The notes under the pieces were generated by a model, which was given only the letters and a program-made list of their open reading frames with translations, had not been told where the DNA came from and did no database searches. This document shows, piece after piece, positions 18,940 through 28,051 of a stretch of DNA of 64,000 nucleotides. The translations under genes were made by a program, and so were the position numbers. This stretch comes from a virus, in the IMG/VR virus record IMGVR_UViG_3300030329_005813, positions 64,001-128,000 of that record, one strand, 5' to 3'. Each line of letters begins with the position of its first letter. The stretch's first letter is position 1.

Positions 18940-19461
18940 TTATGTTGGCTCGTGTGAATCAGTAATACCAGAGCCAGTCAAGTGGTACATTCTGCTTGTA
19001 GAAATATTAGTCAACTCGGCTAATACTTGATAAGTGCTGCTACCTGTTGAGTTTGAAATATAAAACTGTTTACATTTTACATCAAGCGTTATGCTTCCTT
19101 GTCCATCAGGTACCGTGATAAAGTGGTAACCAGATATTACATCAGCATCATCAGTAATTGCTTGCTCTCCCGTAAGACCAGGAGTCGTAAGAGCTGTAAC
19201 CCCAGAACCACTTTGGAAATGTATACGAATATCTCCGGAGTCGGCGGCAGTCGTATTGATGACCGTAAAAGATTTACTTACGAACGGAAACTGAATCAAG
19301 TGTACTTTGTTGGCCGCTGAAAAAGTTGAACCCGTAATGAACGGGTGGCCCGAGACCTGATATGAACCAACATTTCTTAGGCCCGGTTCATTAAACGTGT
19401 GTGCATAACCCGGGGCAGTACCCTGACCGTGATTTGCAACGTAACCTGTTTTATCTCCCAT
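18940..19461 (-). CDS. hypothetical (probable virion) protein
   Basis: PGLRNVGSYQVSGHPFITGS; beta-rich; GAGGAG RBS and ACTATTTA motif. Confidence 0.55.
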   Translation of the reverse strand: MGDKTGYVANHGQGTAPGYAHTFNEPGLRNVGSYQVSGHPFITGSTFSAANKVHLIQFPFVSKSFTVINTTAADSGDIRIHFQSGSGVTALTTPGLTGEQAITDDADVISGYHFITVPDGQGSITLDVKCKQFYISNSTGSSTYQVLAELTNISTSRMYHLTGSGITDSHEPT

Positions 19462-19481
19462 AATCTACTCCTCTCTCTCTA

Positions 19482-19489
19482 TAAATAGT
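19482..19489 (-). promoter_or_regulatory. ACTATTTA putative late promoter motif
   Basis: Intergenic, about 20 nt upstream of 19461. Confidence 0.55.
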
Positions 19490-19903
19490 TCAACCCATTA
19501 AAGCTTTCCAGTTTTTTCCACCTAAAGCAACAATTCCTGAAATATCTACGCCAGGATCTCCTGGGGCGGTTGTTGCCAACGGGCTTGCGGCTTGCATTTC
19601 AGATAATTCGGCAGCTGCTGGTTTAGTGCCTTCGAATAAATCAACGCCGTTAAAAGCATCTCTTCCAATTTCATCTAATAATTTTTGTCTTTGCTCTTTC
19701 AGTGCCTGTGACTTTGCTGCAACTATATTAGGTTGCTCCACAATTGGGGCGGCAACTTCTTTCTGCTCTGATATAACTTGACCTCCCAATCCTTTTGCAA
19801 CTTCTGATACAATATTGGATAGGAGTCCGCTTTCAAGAAGAACTTCTTGTACACACTCTTTAACCATCGGTCTAATAATTTTTTTTAACTCTGCTCTTTT
19901 CAT
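19490..19903 (-). CDS. hypothetical head-associated protein
   Basis: MKRAELKKIIRPMVKECVQEVLLE N-terminus; coupled to the protease gene. Confidence 0.6.
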   Translation of the reverse strand: MKRAELKKIIRPMVKECVQEVLLESGLLSNIVSEVAKGLGGQVISEQKEVAAPIVEQPNIVAAKSQALKEQRQKLLDEIGRDAFNGVDLFEGTKPAAAELSEMQAASPLATTAPGDPGVDISGIVALGGKNWKALMG

Positions 19904-20517
19904 TTGTCTCTCAAGATATCGTTTAGTGCTCTAAAAATTTTATCTGACTTTGTAAAAATGTTTGGCTCTTTATGTTCTCGCATACCCGACTTGACTTTCA
20001 TAAAGGCGCCTGGGGTAGAGGGCTCGGAAACAAAATCAAAACAAATAAGTTGGAAATCATCTTCCACAATTGTCTGGCCCATATGCTCCCTTACAGACCC
20101 CAAACCTCTAGAGGAGATGCCAAGCGTAACGCCTGAACTGGCCAGCTGTTTGAGAATGTTACCAGAAGGAGTATCAAGAATCTCGACTTTTCCCATCAGG
20201 GCTGGTCCGTCCCACCACATATCAATGACAAGATGGGATGCATTTTTAAGATTAATAACGGAGTCATCAGGATGATCTAACTCGCCTAGGGCACGTCGCT
20301 CTCTTACAAGTTTCCAATAGTTCTCCACCTCTCTTTGAAGAATGTCTTTGGAATAGACCCTACCATTACCATTGGGCGTGTCAAACTTCTGCATACAGCC
20401 TGTCATATAGAACTTCTTGCCAGAAGCCATATCACGCTTTTCTTGCTCTGATAGCAGGTCTTGGCACACCCCTCCATCACAAAGGGCATAATATTCTCGT
20501 AATAGTTGTTTTCCCAT
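19900..20517 (-). CDS. prohead protease (T4 gp21-like)
   Basis: NGNGRVYS, ALGELDHP, ASH, GISSRGLGS, FDFVSEPSTPGAF; ATG at 20517 with GGAG RBS. Confidence 0.92.
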   Translation of the reverse strand: MGKQLLREYYALCDGGVCQDLLSEQEKRDMASGKKFYMTGCMQKFDTPNGNGRVYSKDILQREVENYWKLVRERRALGELDHPDDSVINLKNASHLVIDMWWDGPALMGKVEILDTPSGNILKQLASSGVTLGISSRGLGSVREHMGQTIVEDDFQLICFDFVSEPSTPGAFMKVKSGMREHKEPNIFTKSDKIFRALNDILRDK

Positions 20518-20559
20518 AATGATCTCCAAAACGACATATGCGGGCGCTACCCGCGTGAG

Positions 20560-20610
20560 TTAAGAACCGCTGCAACAGCGGCGAACTCTTGGAATATTTC
20601 TACGTCGCAT
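20560..20610 (-). CDS. 16-aa micro-ORF MRRRNIPRVRRCCSGS
   Basis: Strong AAAGGAG RBS about 7 nt before the ATG; too short for the ORF track. Confidence 0.5.
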   Translation of the reverse strand: MRRRNIPRVRRCCSGS

Positions 20611-20643
20611 TATTCTTCTCCTTTATTCTTTCTCTTCTTCCGC

Positions 20644-21201
20644 TTACTCTTTCTTTTCTTTTTTTGGAGCGCGGGCGGCTTGTCGGATCTTTCTAGAAAT
20701 CGCCACAGGATCATCTTCGTCGCCGGGTGCCCCACCATATGATGGCTTGCTTAGTGGCTTTGAAGTGACCTCTGCGGCCTGAAGATGTCTAATTTGATCT
20801 TCTAAGTTTAGAACTGCTCTCTCTAGTTGTGTAAATGCATCGTCGCCAAGCCCTAAAATTGATGCATCTTTCTGCACTTTTTTCAATAACACGTCAAGTT
20901 GCTTGTAAAGTTTTACAATTTTTTTACCGTGAGTTTTAGCTAAAGATCTTTTTGCTTTTTCTAAAGCAGCTTTTTCTCTTTCGCCGGCCTTGGCTGTCAT
21001 TTCACCAGCAGCTGTTTGAGCACCTAAGCCACTAGCAGCTTTGGCCCCAAGTCTTGACGCGGCAGCGCCAGCTTTAGAACCCAAACCAACTGCCCTAGCA
21101 CGCAAACGATCAAGAACTCCTTCGCTTAACTTACCTTGTTCAGCTAAAAGAATTAACTCTTCTTTGATAATTTGCTCAAGTTGTGCTTTGGTGATTTTCA
21201 C
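20644..21201 (-). CDS. MKITK..QL..IIKEE leader-family protein (putative head-internal protein)
   Basis: MKITKAQLEQIIKEEL followed by Ala/Lys-rich helical cargo. Confidence 0.7.
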   Translation of the reverse strand: MKITKAQLEQIIKEELILLAEQGKLSEGVLDRLRARAVGLGSKAGAAASRLGAKAASGLGAQTAAGEMTAKAGEREKAALEKAKRSLAKTHGKKIVKLYKQLDVLLKKVQKDASILGLGDDAFTQLERAVLNLEDQIRHLQAAEVTSKPLSKPSYGGAPGDEDDPVAISRKIRQAARAPKKEKKE

Positions 21202-21471
21202 TGTGATGTTCCTTTAAGCGATTTTAAAGTGGGACTTGGGAACATATTCATAGTTTCCATGCCCGATGACTATTTTTGCCTTGCCATCTTCACCTATTTC
21301 GAGGGTTCTTGTATCCCCGGCCTTAATTGTATTTTCGCCACCGGGTGTATCATAAGTAAAGTCTTTCGTAAACTCGATCTTTTTCTTTCCTTCGGCCAGA
21401 ACTCTTCCAAGCTCTTCTTTGATAATTTGTCTAAGTTGTGTCTTTGTGATTTTCATTGTGATGTTCCTTTA
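21157..21471 (-). repeat. imperfect ~60-bp direct repeat (RBS + leader coding) at 21157-21216 and 21412-21471
   Basis: TAAAGGAACATCACA(A/G)TGAAAATCAC is shared with 1 mismatch in 26 nt and continues through the leader codons. Confidence 0.8.
21214..21456 (-). CDS. leader-family protein
   Basis: MKITKTQLRQIIKEEL followed by a small beta (SH3-like) cargo. Confidence 0.7.
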   Translation of the reverse strand: MKITKTQLRQIIKEELGRVLAEGKKKIEFTKDFTYDTPGGENTIKAGDTRTLEIGEDGKAKIVIGHGNYEYVPKSHFKIA

Positions 21472-21767
21472 TCAATTTTTATACCTTCATCTCCGACGAT
21501 CATTGATAATAAATAAGAAGTTCCAGCTCCAACAAACCCGCAAATGAAAAAGTTTGCTATGGTGTAGTCAAAAGTAAATAGTTCTGTCCACTCGTTAATG
21601 GCAAATAAAAACCAACCTGAATGAAAACCAAAACATAGAGGGCAATGGAATAATTTTCCAAAGCCCCAAAGCCATTCTTTGCTTGGCCGTATTCTGTTAA
21701 AAATGCTTGCATATACGACAAGGAAAGTCAGGCCGTAACAAGCAAGTGTAAACCATAATAGTTCCAT
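21453..21767 (-). CDS. small membrane protein with CxxC (DUF1360-like)
   Basis: Three hydrophobic segments; KLFHCPLCFGFHSG. Confidence 0.6.
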   Translation of the reverse strand: MELLWFTLACYGLTFLVVYASIFNRIRPSKEWLWGFGKLFHCPLCFGFHSGWFLFAINEWTELFTFDYTIANFFICGFVGAGTSYLLSMIVGDEGIKIDKGTSQ

Positions 21768-21775
21768 ACTAAGTC

Positions 21776-22318
21776 CTACTCATAAGTATAGCTTTGATAA
21801 TAAGGTCCATAATTGTAGCCTGGGCGTAGTGTGCCCTTGGAATCTTCGTGTGGCACTTCGCCTAGCTCGGTCGACTCCTCTTCGGTTGGATCTGTAAGCC
21901 TATCTGTGTTCATCTCTTCATACTCTTCTATGAACTCAAAATAAGGCCGCTCTTCATCAATCCACTTACCGATATTAAGAATAGCCAAGTTTATGTTATT
22001 AAACTCTTGAGAAGGTAGAAGCTCTGCCTCAAGAGACCCGTAAATGGAGCCTCCAACTATTGAATCGATTCTAATCAAGCCTTTTTTTCTAAGAAATTTG
22101 TAAAGTCTATTCTGTGCGCCATATACCACTTCAGACATCATATCTTTTGGAAAAGAAACAATTTTTTGCTTCTCCTTCATTACTATGATGTCAATGTCAG
22201 CGTGATCAAAAATCATCACGTCACCATCTAAAGTTCTTCTCATATTTAATTCAACTTTAGATACTGGCTTGGACTCTGCTTGTGATTTATCTGATCCTAT
22301 CTTAATGGTAACGGACAT
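21776..22318 (-). CDS. hypothetical protein
   Basis: 180-aa ORF coupled to neighbours. Confidence 0.65.
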   Translation of the reverse strand: MSVTIKIGSDKSQAESKPVSKVELNMRRTLDGDVMIFDHADIDIIVMKEKQKIVSFPKDMMSEVVYGAQNRLYKFLRKKGLIRIDSIVGGSIYGSLEAELLPSQEFNNINLAILNIGKWIDEERPYFEFIEEYEEMNTDRLTDPTEEESTELGEVPHEDSKGTLRPGYNYGPYYQSYTYE

Positions 22319-23142
22319 TATTCATTCGCCTCCTTAATCAGGCTTTGAATTTTTAATACTTTACTTATTAAGTCATCATCTATTTTTTTTGCGCCGAACG
22401 ATTCCAACAGATCTTGCAACTCTTTCATTCTGCTTACCATAACATCATCAGCGGCTACATCTTCTTTTAACATAAGATTTTCAAGTTCTTCCTTAAGAGA
22501 ACTAACTTCTTCGTTCAAATACATTTTAAATTCTAATCCATTATTTGAAAAAGATAAAATATATTTATTTAATAATTTTTGTTGGTTCTCAAGTAGCACA
22601 CCTGAATACTTGTTATTGTAGTTTTTTATAAAGCTACTTAGGGTTAAGTTATTTACGTGTGGCATCTTAGTCTCCACCAAGGGCTGCTTGGTGCCAACCA
22701 TAGTGGACAACAACTTTCTTTCTAACAGAATTAATTCTTTCGTTGTGTTCTTGTTGAGAAAAATTTGATATATGGTAGCTAAGTTTTTATAGTTTGGAAC
22801 AAAGTTATTAAAAGTTTCTTTTCCAATTGACTTGTTAATCTCGTTAATTAAGCTTGTCTGCTCATTAAAAACTTGACCTCGGTCCAACGCGTCAAAATCT
22901 TTCCTAGTCTCGTTAAGTAATCTTTCGGCTGTGTACAAATCAACGGCCACGGTTTCGTTAAGATCACGATATATCTTAAGCTCTTTTCCTAAGATCTTAT
23001 TGGTGCTGAAATATTTTTTAATTGTTTCAACAATAAAGTCTTTTCTTTTTATATTAGATGAAACAACTGCTTTTGTCAACTCTTTGATTAGAACTTCATA
23101 CAAAAAAGCGGTATTTCTTTTTTTATTATGTTTGAATTTCAT
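22318..23142 (-). CDS. hypothetical protein, possible prohead core component
   Basis: MKFKHNKKRNTAFLYE; directly downstream of portal; many LxE sites. Confidence 0.6.
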   Translation of the reverse strand: MKFKHNKKRNTAFLYEVLIKELTKAVVSSNIKRKDFIVETIKKYFSTNKILGKELKIYRDLNETVAVDLYTAERLLNETRKDFDALDRGQVFNEQTSLINEINKSIGKETFNNFVPNYKNLATIYQIFLNKNTTKELILLERKLLSTMVGTKQPLVETKMPHVNNLTLSSFIKNYNNKYSGVLLENQQKLLNKYILSFSNNGLEFKMYLNEEVSSLKEELENLMLKEDVAADDVMVSRMKELQDLLESFGAKKIDDDLISKVLKIQSLIKEANE

Positions 23143-25081
23143 TCTTGTTTAACTCCGAATTATCTAAGTCTTCTATAAGGCTGGCGACTTCTTGATTAAT
23201 GCTAAGGATTTTACTTTCTTCTAACAAATCTTCTTTATCATAACTAGAATCTCGCTGCTCAAACATCCCTTTAGCCAAAGAATCTAAGCCACCATATCCT
23301 TTTTTCCCTGGAAATATTGTTCTTGGATCGACAGTTGCGCCGGCAACAGACTTTCTGTGACGTTTAACTGCTCCATTTTCGCGCTCATCCCTTTCAACTG
23401 GATAGTACACTTTTCCTTTTGCACCGGGAGTGGTGTATCCATCATCGCGACGTCCAGGTGGCGGGGTTTCAGGGGTAGCCAAAAGCATATCGTCTTCGCC
23501 TTCTGGTTCGGCGCCGGCAAGATCTTCGCCCCCTAACTCATCTCCTCCTAAATCACCACCCAGATCACCTAAGTCCTCATCGCCCAGGTCGCCAGTATCA
23601 AGACCAGCAAGGCCAGCAGCTTCTTCAGCAATAACTTCAGCGACAGCTGCCAGTTGAGCGTCGTACTTGCGATCATAGAAAAGCTCTCTTTGGTTTCTAA
23701 GGAACTCTTCATCTGACATACTAAACAAGTGCTCTGCGATCCAGCGCCGTGAGAAGAAGCCTTCTGTAGCAGAGGCTGCAACGGTAAACTTCTTATCCCA
23801 ATGTTCTAGCTCTTGTAGCTCGGCAATCTTAGATGGATTGTTAAGAGCTAGCTTAAAGTTAACAAGATCGTCTCCCCTAAACCCTAAAGTGTAAAGGTGA
23901 ATGATTCCAACTTTTTCTAGCTCTGAAATAGCCGATCTTTGAAGCCTTTGAATAGTTCTGGCAAATCTTATATCTTTTTGTGCCAAAGTAGTTTTATCTT
24001 CGTCTGCACCCTCACCACGCGACAGATAAGAAGCGGGAATTTTAAGTGCTGAGAATAGTTTATCTCTTAGATACTTAACATCGTCGATATCTCCAGTGAA
24101 TGCACCACCGGGTAAAGTTTCGACTCTAGAGCTTGTTCCGCCTCTTTGTGGAATGTAAATGTCCTCTTCGATGCTAAGAGGATTATAACGCAAATCAACT
24201 CGCCCAGTGCTTTCATCAACAATAGAGTTTCTTTTCATTTGAGTCATAACTTTTTGCATATACTGCTCAACTTCATTGGGAGGAATACTTCCCACGTCGA
24301 CGTAAAAGACTCTTCTTTCTGGAGAACGAACAATACGATATGCCATCATAGCATCTTCTAGTAAGATTAGTTGTCTCCATATTCTTCTAGCTGACTCCAA
24401 TACAGAAGTGCCATACGGGGCGTGCTTATCGTTTCCTAGAATTCTAAAGTGTGCAATCTGCCAGCTTTCAAAAGTCATGCCGGCGGTGTTCCACTGAAAC
24501 TGGACATAATCAGGATTTGTTTGGTCCTCTCCTTCCAATCTTTCAACTTCTTGAATTGGTAGACCAATACCACTTTTTATGCCGTGATTTTCGTCTAAGT
24601 CTAAGTATAAAAAGTAATCTCCGTACTTACACATTGAACGACACCAGCCAAAAAGATTAAATTCAATATTTAATACGTCGTGATACAAAGTGTCTAGTAT
24701 AGCCTTAATTTCTTCGTTCGAACACTTAATAGTTAACATTGGCTGGAGGGCTGAATGTGTGGTCATTTCGTCTGCGTAGATATCTAGGGCTGAAGCAATT
24801 TCTGGCGTATACTCCATCTGGTCAAAATCAACATACCGCTCTGTTCTGTTGTGGCCAGAGACAATTGATGGCTGCATATTGCCAAGTACATTAAACCGAC
24901 TTTTCTTAAACTCTTGGCCACTGGCAGAAAAAATACGATTTGAATACTTATCAAGTTGATGTCGCCGTAAACGACGGCCGGTTTGGCTTCTTCTATTAGT
25001 TAAAGGTCCAGATAAAAGCTTAGTTAAAGACTTAAATAACTCTGATCTTGGGTTCCTAGGATTTCTTGAATTCTTAGCCAT
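23126..25081 (-). CDS. portal protein (T4 gp20-like)
   Basis: PEIASALDIYADE, LLEDAMMAYRIVRSPERRVFYVDVG, VETLPGG, DVKYLRDKLFSALKIP, DIRFARTIQRLQ. Confidence 0.93.
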   Translation of the reverse strand: MAKNSRNPRNPRSELFKSLTKLLSGPLTNRRSQTGRRLRRHQLDKYSNRIFSASGQEFKKSRFNVLGNMQPSIVSGHNRTERYVDFDQMEYTPEIASALDIYADEMTTHSALQPMLTIKCSNEEIKAILDTLYHDVLNIEFNLFGWCRSMCKYGDYFLYLDLDENHGIKSGIGLPIQEVERLEGEDQTNPDYVQFQWNTAGMTFESWQIAHFRILGNDKHAPYGTSVLESARRIWRQLILLEDAMMAYRIVRSPERRVFYVDVGSIPPNEVEQYMQKVMTQMKRNSIVDESTGRVDLRYNPLSIEEDIYIPQRGGTSSRVETLPGGAFTGDIDDVKYLRDKLFSALKIPASYLSRGEGADEDKTTLAQKDIRFARTIQRLQRSAISELEKVGIIHLYTLGFRGDDLVNFKLALNNPSKIAELQELEHWDKKFTVAASATEGFFSRRWIAEHLFSMSDEEFLRNQRELFYDRKYDAQLAAVAEVIAEEAAGLAGLDTGDLGDEDLGDLGGDLGGDELGGEDLAGAEPEGEDDMLLATPETPPPGRRDDGYTTPGAKGKVYYPVERDERENGAVKRHRKSVAGATVDPRTIFPGKKGYGGLDSLAKGMFEQRDSSYDKEDLLEESKILSINQEVASLIEDLDNSELNKNEIQT

Positions 25082-25086
25082 CTATA

Positions 25087-26670
25087 TTACCCTTTTAAAA
25101 GCCAAACAAAATCGCCGTATTGTTTTTTAATGTTTCTCTGCTCATTGGTCAATCCTTGATGCACCACTTTGGCGCCTGGATTGTTTGTTTGAAATGTTTT
25201 GTTTTCTATCATCATTGAGTTAACCATTGCTTTTTTGTATTCTACGTCTCTTTGATTGGCTGTAAGTGCCGTGTCCCGTACCCAACAAGCTATAGCCAAG
25301 GCCATAATTAAGTCATCGTGGTATGATCTCATAGCTTGCGCTTTGTTATTATACCATATAAAAGTTTTAAACTCGTTGATAACCCTTGAAGAATATATAT
25401 TAATTAGTTTATTACGAATGAATTCTTCCAACTTAGCAATAATTAAAGGTCTAGTTTTGGTTGAAGTTGTAAAGCCGGGGACTGAATTTGATATTGATTC
25501 GGCCTGAACTTGCTCAATATATTCGTGAGTACCTTTTACAGAGTAGTATAAATTAGGATATTGCCTTTCTATTAACTTTTCTAAAATAGAAATTCCTAAA
25601 CTATTATTTTCGACAACTGCCAAGCAGCCGCCGTACTCTCTTCCTGTGCTGTCAATAGTTGAAGCAAACTGCTCTAAAGTTGGCTTCCCTTGGTATTCTA
25701 CTGCAATTTCCATAGTATTTAGATTTATAAGATGAAATACTGAAAAATCTGACCCATCGCCTCGGGCAACGTCAGCAACTAAAAAATATGTACACGATTC
25801 GTTATACTGTTCCCATATCCACAAATTTCTATCAAAGCCGGTTCTATATAGTGGATCCTTAATACTAGACACCAAATACTCTAAATCTTCAGAGTGGATG
25901 ACCGTTTCACCAGACGAGTTAAAGTTGCACTCAAGCTCTTGTGCTATTTGTCGGCGAGACATATTTTTGGTTTCTTTTTCAAACCATTCTATATCTCTCT
26001 CTGGATGCACATCCCAAGGCAAGTTAACTGGATGGAAGTCATTTGTCTGTTGTTCGGCTTCGATATATGTTTTATGAAACCAGTTTCCAACGCCGTTTGG
26101 TGTTGATAAGGCAATACAGCGACCACCAGTTGACAATGTAGGATACAGGCCGGTCCATAGCTCTTCAAGGCCATCAACGTGGGCGGCCTCATCGATAACC
26201 AATAAAGACAACGCTTCAGAACGACCAGCATCACCGGATGTTGAAGCGGCCTTAACCTCAGAGCCATTTGTTAAAACAAATGAAGTTCTATTGTCAATTT
26301 TAATCTCTGCGATTCTTAGCCAAGGAGGAACATTTTGCATAATGTTCTTTACTTTCTTGACTAAGTTAGCCGCTGTCTGAAACTTTGTCGCTATAACTAA
26401 AACGTTCTTGTCACGATGAAACAGCATTAGCCAGACAATATAGGCAGCTGTAATAGTAGAAATACCTAATTGTCTAGCTTTTAATATAACAGTAAAGCGA
26501 TAATCATTAAAATCATCCAGGAGGTCATCTTGATACGGATACGTCTTGAATGAAATTAAGCCCGAAAGAGGGTGCGAGATTTTTGTATAGTTGTTAATGA
26601 AGTAAGAAGGATCTTTACCGCATTTAACAATTTCCTTAATTGCTTCTTTTTTGGTGAGATGTCGGGACAT
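25087..26670 (-). CDS. terL: terminase large subunit (T4 gp17-like)
   Basis: YPYQ adenine motif, KARQLGIST Walker A, LLVIDEAA Walker B, STPNG, ADVARG nuclease, HDDLIMALAI. Confidence 0.95.
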   Translation of the reverse strand: MSRHLTKKEAIKEIVKCGKDPSYFINNYTKISHPLSGLISFKTYPYQDDLLDDFNDYRFTVILKARQLGISTITAAYIVWLMLFHRDKNVLVIATKFQTAANLVKKVKNIMQNVPPWLRIAEIKIDNRTSFVLTNGSEVKAASTSGDAGRSEALSLLVIDEAAHVDGLEELWTGLYPTLSTGGRCIALSTPNGVGNWFHKTYIEAEQQTNDFHPVNLPWDVHPERDIEWFEKETKNMSRRQIAQELECNFNSSGETVIHSEDLEYLVSSIKDPLYRTGFDRNLWIWEQYNESCTYFLVADVARGDGSDFSVFHLINLNTMEIAVEYQGKPTLEQFASTIDSTGREYGGCLAVVENNSLGISILEKLIERQYPNLYYSVKGTHEYIEQVQAESISNSVPGFTTSTKTRPLIIAKLEEFIRNKLINIYSSRVINEFKTFIWYNNKAQAMRSYHDDLIMALAIACWVRDTALTANQRDVEYKKAMVNSMMIENKTFQTNNPGAKVVHQGLTNEQRNIKKQYGDFVWLLKG

Positions 26671-27203
26671 TATTCCTTGCGCTTATCGTTATCTGGTCTA
26701 GAGCCCCAACCTCCCTGTCCTAAGAAGTCTTTAAACTTAGCATCAACACTATCTTTGCTGTCGCCGGCAATAACTTCAGTATCAGTGTCCACGCCACCAA
26801 TATCATAATAGCATTTGGCTTGGACGAATACTCTTACCTTGGATGTATTTTGAACAATGGCGTCCACCTCGCCGGTCTTCTTAAGAGAAAGAGCACTGCC
26901 GGTTACTTTCTTATATTCCTTTTTGATAAAAGAAGCAACACTTTCTATCATCTGCTCCAAGTCACTTTCGAAGCCGTTAGCATAAACATCTTTAAGCTTA
27001 ATCTCTGAGTGGTAGTGGATGCACAGTTGGGGACCGTGAAACGAAATTTTAAATCCGTCCATCACGCGTGAGTCTGTTATAGGGTTACCTTCTTCTCTTT
27101 TGAGGCCAACTTTAATTGGCTCCCCCTTATCATCCAAAGCTCCGTCATAGCTATTAGCCATAACTTGTGAAATGCCTCTAACGATCTCTAGTGTGGTTGC
27201 CAT
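26670..27203 (-). CDS. hypothetical protein
   Basis: 177-aa ORF coupled to terL. Confidence 0.65.
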   Translation of the reverse strand: MATTLEIVRGISQVMANSYDGALDDKGEPIKVGLKREEGNPITDSRVMDGFKISFHGPQLCIHYHSEIKLKDVYANGFESDLEQMIESVASFIKKEYKKVTGSALSLKKTGEVDAIVQNTSKVRVFVQAKCYYDIGGVDTDTEVIAGDSKDSVDAKFKDFLGQGGWGSRPDNDKRKE

Positions 27204-27605
27204 TTATTTATCTCCTGCTTGTTCAGGACGCCAGCCTGATCTCCAGCGCTCTTTACGTCCCTCGACCCATTGAATGTAGCAATTATAACAACAATCAAAT
27301 TTTTTCATATAAATATCATCCTTTAAATCAAAAGAATAAGTTTTACATACGGGACAAGTTCTGTTTACATCTTCTCTAGTAAGTAGTTTTTTAGGTATTA
27401 AAACACCATTAACTTCTATTTTCTCATTCATTTCATCCAATGAATCTTGTTTTTTATATAATTTTTGGATTTGTTCTTGATAAATTGCTTCTTTTTCATC
27501 GTTCCAAGACCCTCTTGGATTAGTTATCGTCTCTTCACCATACTTTTCAGATATAGCTTTTTCTAGTTTAGCGACGTAATTTGGATCTTTATATTTTTTT
27601 ACCAT
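27204..27605 (-). CDS. hypothetical Zn-finger protein
   Basis: CPVC...CCYNC; C-terminal W..GWRP. Confidence 0.65.
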   Translation of the reverse strand: MVKKYKDPNYVAKLEKAISEKYGEETITNPRGSWNDEKEAIYQEQIQKLYKKQDSLDEMNEKIEVNGVLIPKKLLTREDVNRTCPVCKTYSFDLKDDIYMKKFDCCYNCYIQWVEGRKERWRSGWRPEQAGDK

Positions 27606-27607
27606 AG

Positions 27608-28051
27608 CTAGTCCACTACTTGTTTAATTGCATATGCTCCAGCAAAACCTAGAGCAATACCCCCAACAACACTAGCTACTATCACGACTGGCATATTAAC
27701 TTTACGATCTTTTTTAATTATCTTTCTTAGATCTTCAAGCTCTTTATCTCGCGTGTCTACCTCAACTCGATGACGTGCCAATGTCTCTTCAAGGGATATC
27801 CGTAAATTTTGTAATTCTAAGTCATAATCTAAAGTAAGTTTTTCTTTTTCAAAGTCACACTTATGTGATAGCTCCTGGGCTAAAAATTCTTTCCAGGTTA
27901 AAAGTTTTGCCGTGGCCACGTCATCAAAACAAGTTGCTTCGAATGGAACTTGGCCTCCCTTTGGTACCAGCGTAAAACGACCATCTTGGCCATTAGCAAC
28001 TGGACATATAATAAAACTTAAAACTAATAATTTAGTGATTTTACTTAACAT
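27608..28051 (-). CDS. exported coiled-coil protein with C-terminal TM helix (spanin-like candidate)
   Basis: ATG at 28051 gives a signal-like MLSKITKLLVLSFIICP, then coiled coil and a C-terminal hydrophobic helix; overlaps the end of the upstream gene. Confidence 0.45.
   Translation of the reverse strand: MLSKITKLLVLSFIICPVANGQDGRFTLVPKGGQVPFEATCFDDVATAKLLTWKEFLAQELSHKCDFEKEKLTLDYDLELQNLRISLEETLARHRVEVDTRDKELEDLRKIIKKDRKVNMPVVIVASVVGGIALGFAGAYAIKQVVD

Noticed and set aside
25087-26670. Intein or intron in terminase, portal or primase
   Set aside because: Lengths are normal and the motifs are contiguous; no splice or LAGLIDADG/HNH signatures.
26670-27605. Calling either gene upstream of terL the small terminase
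   Set aside because: Position fits, but I recognise no gp16-like motif.
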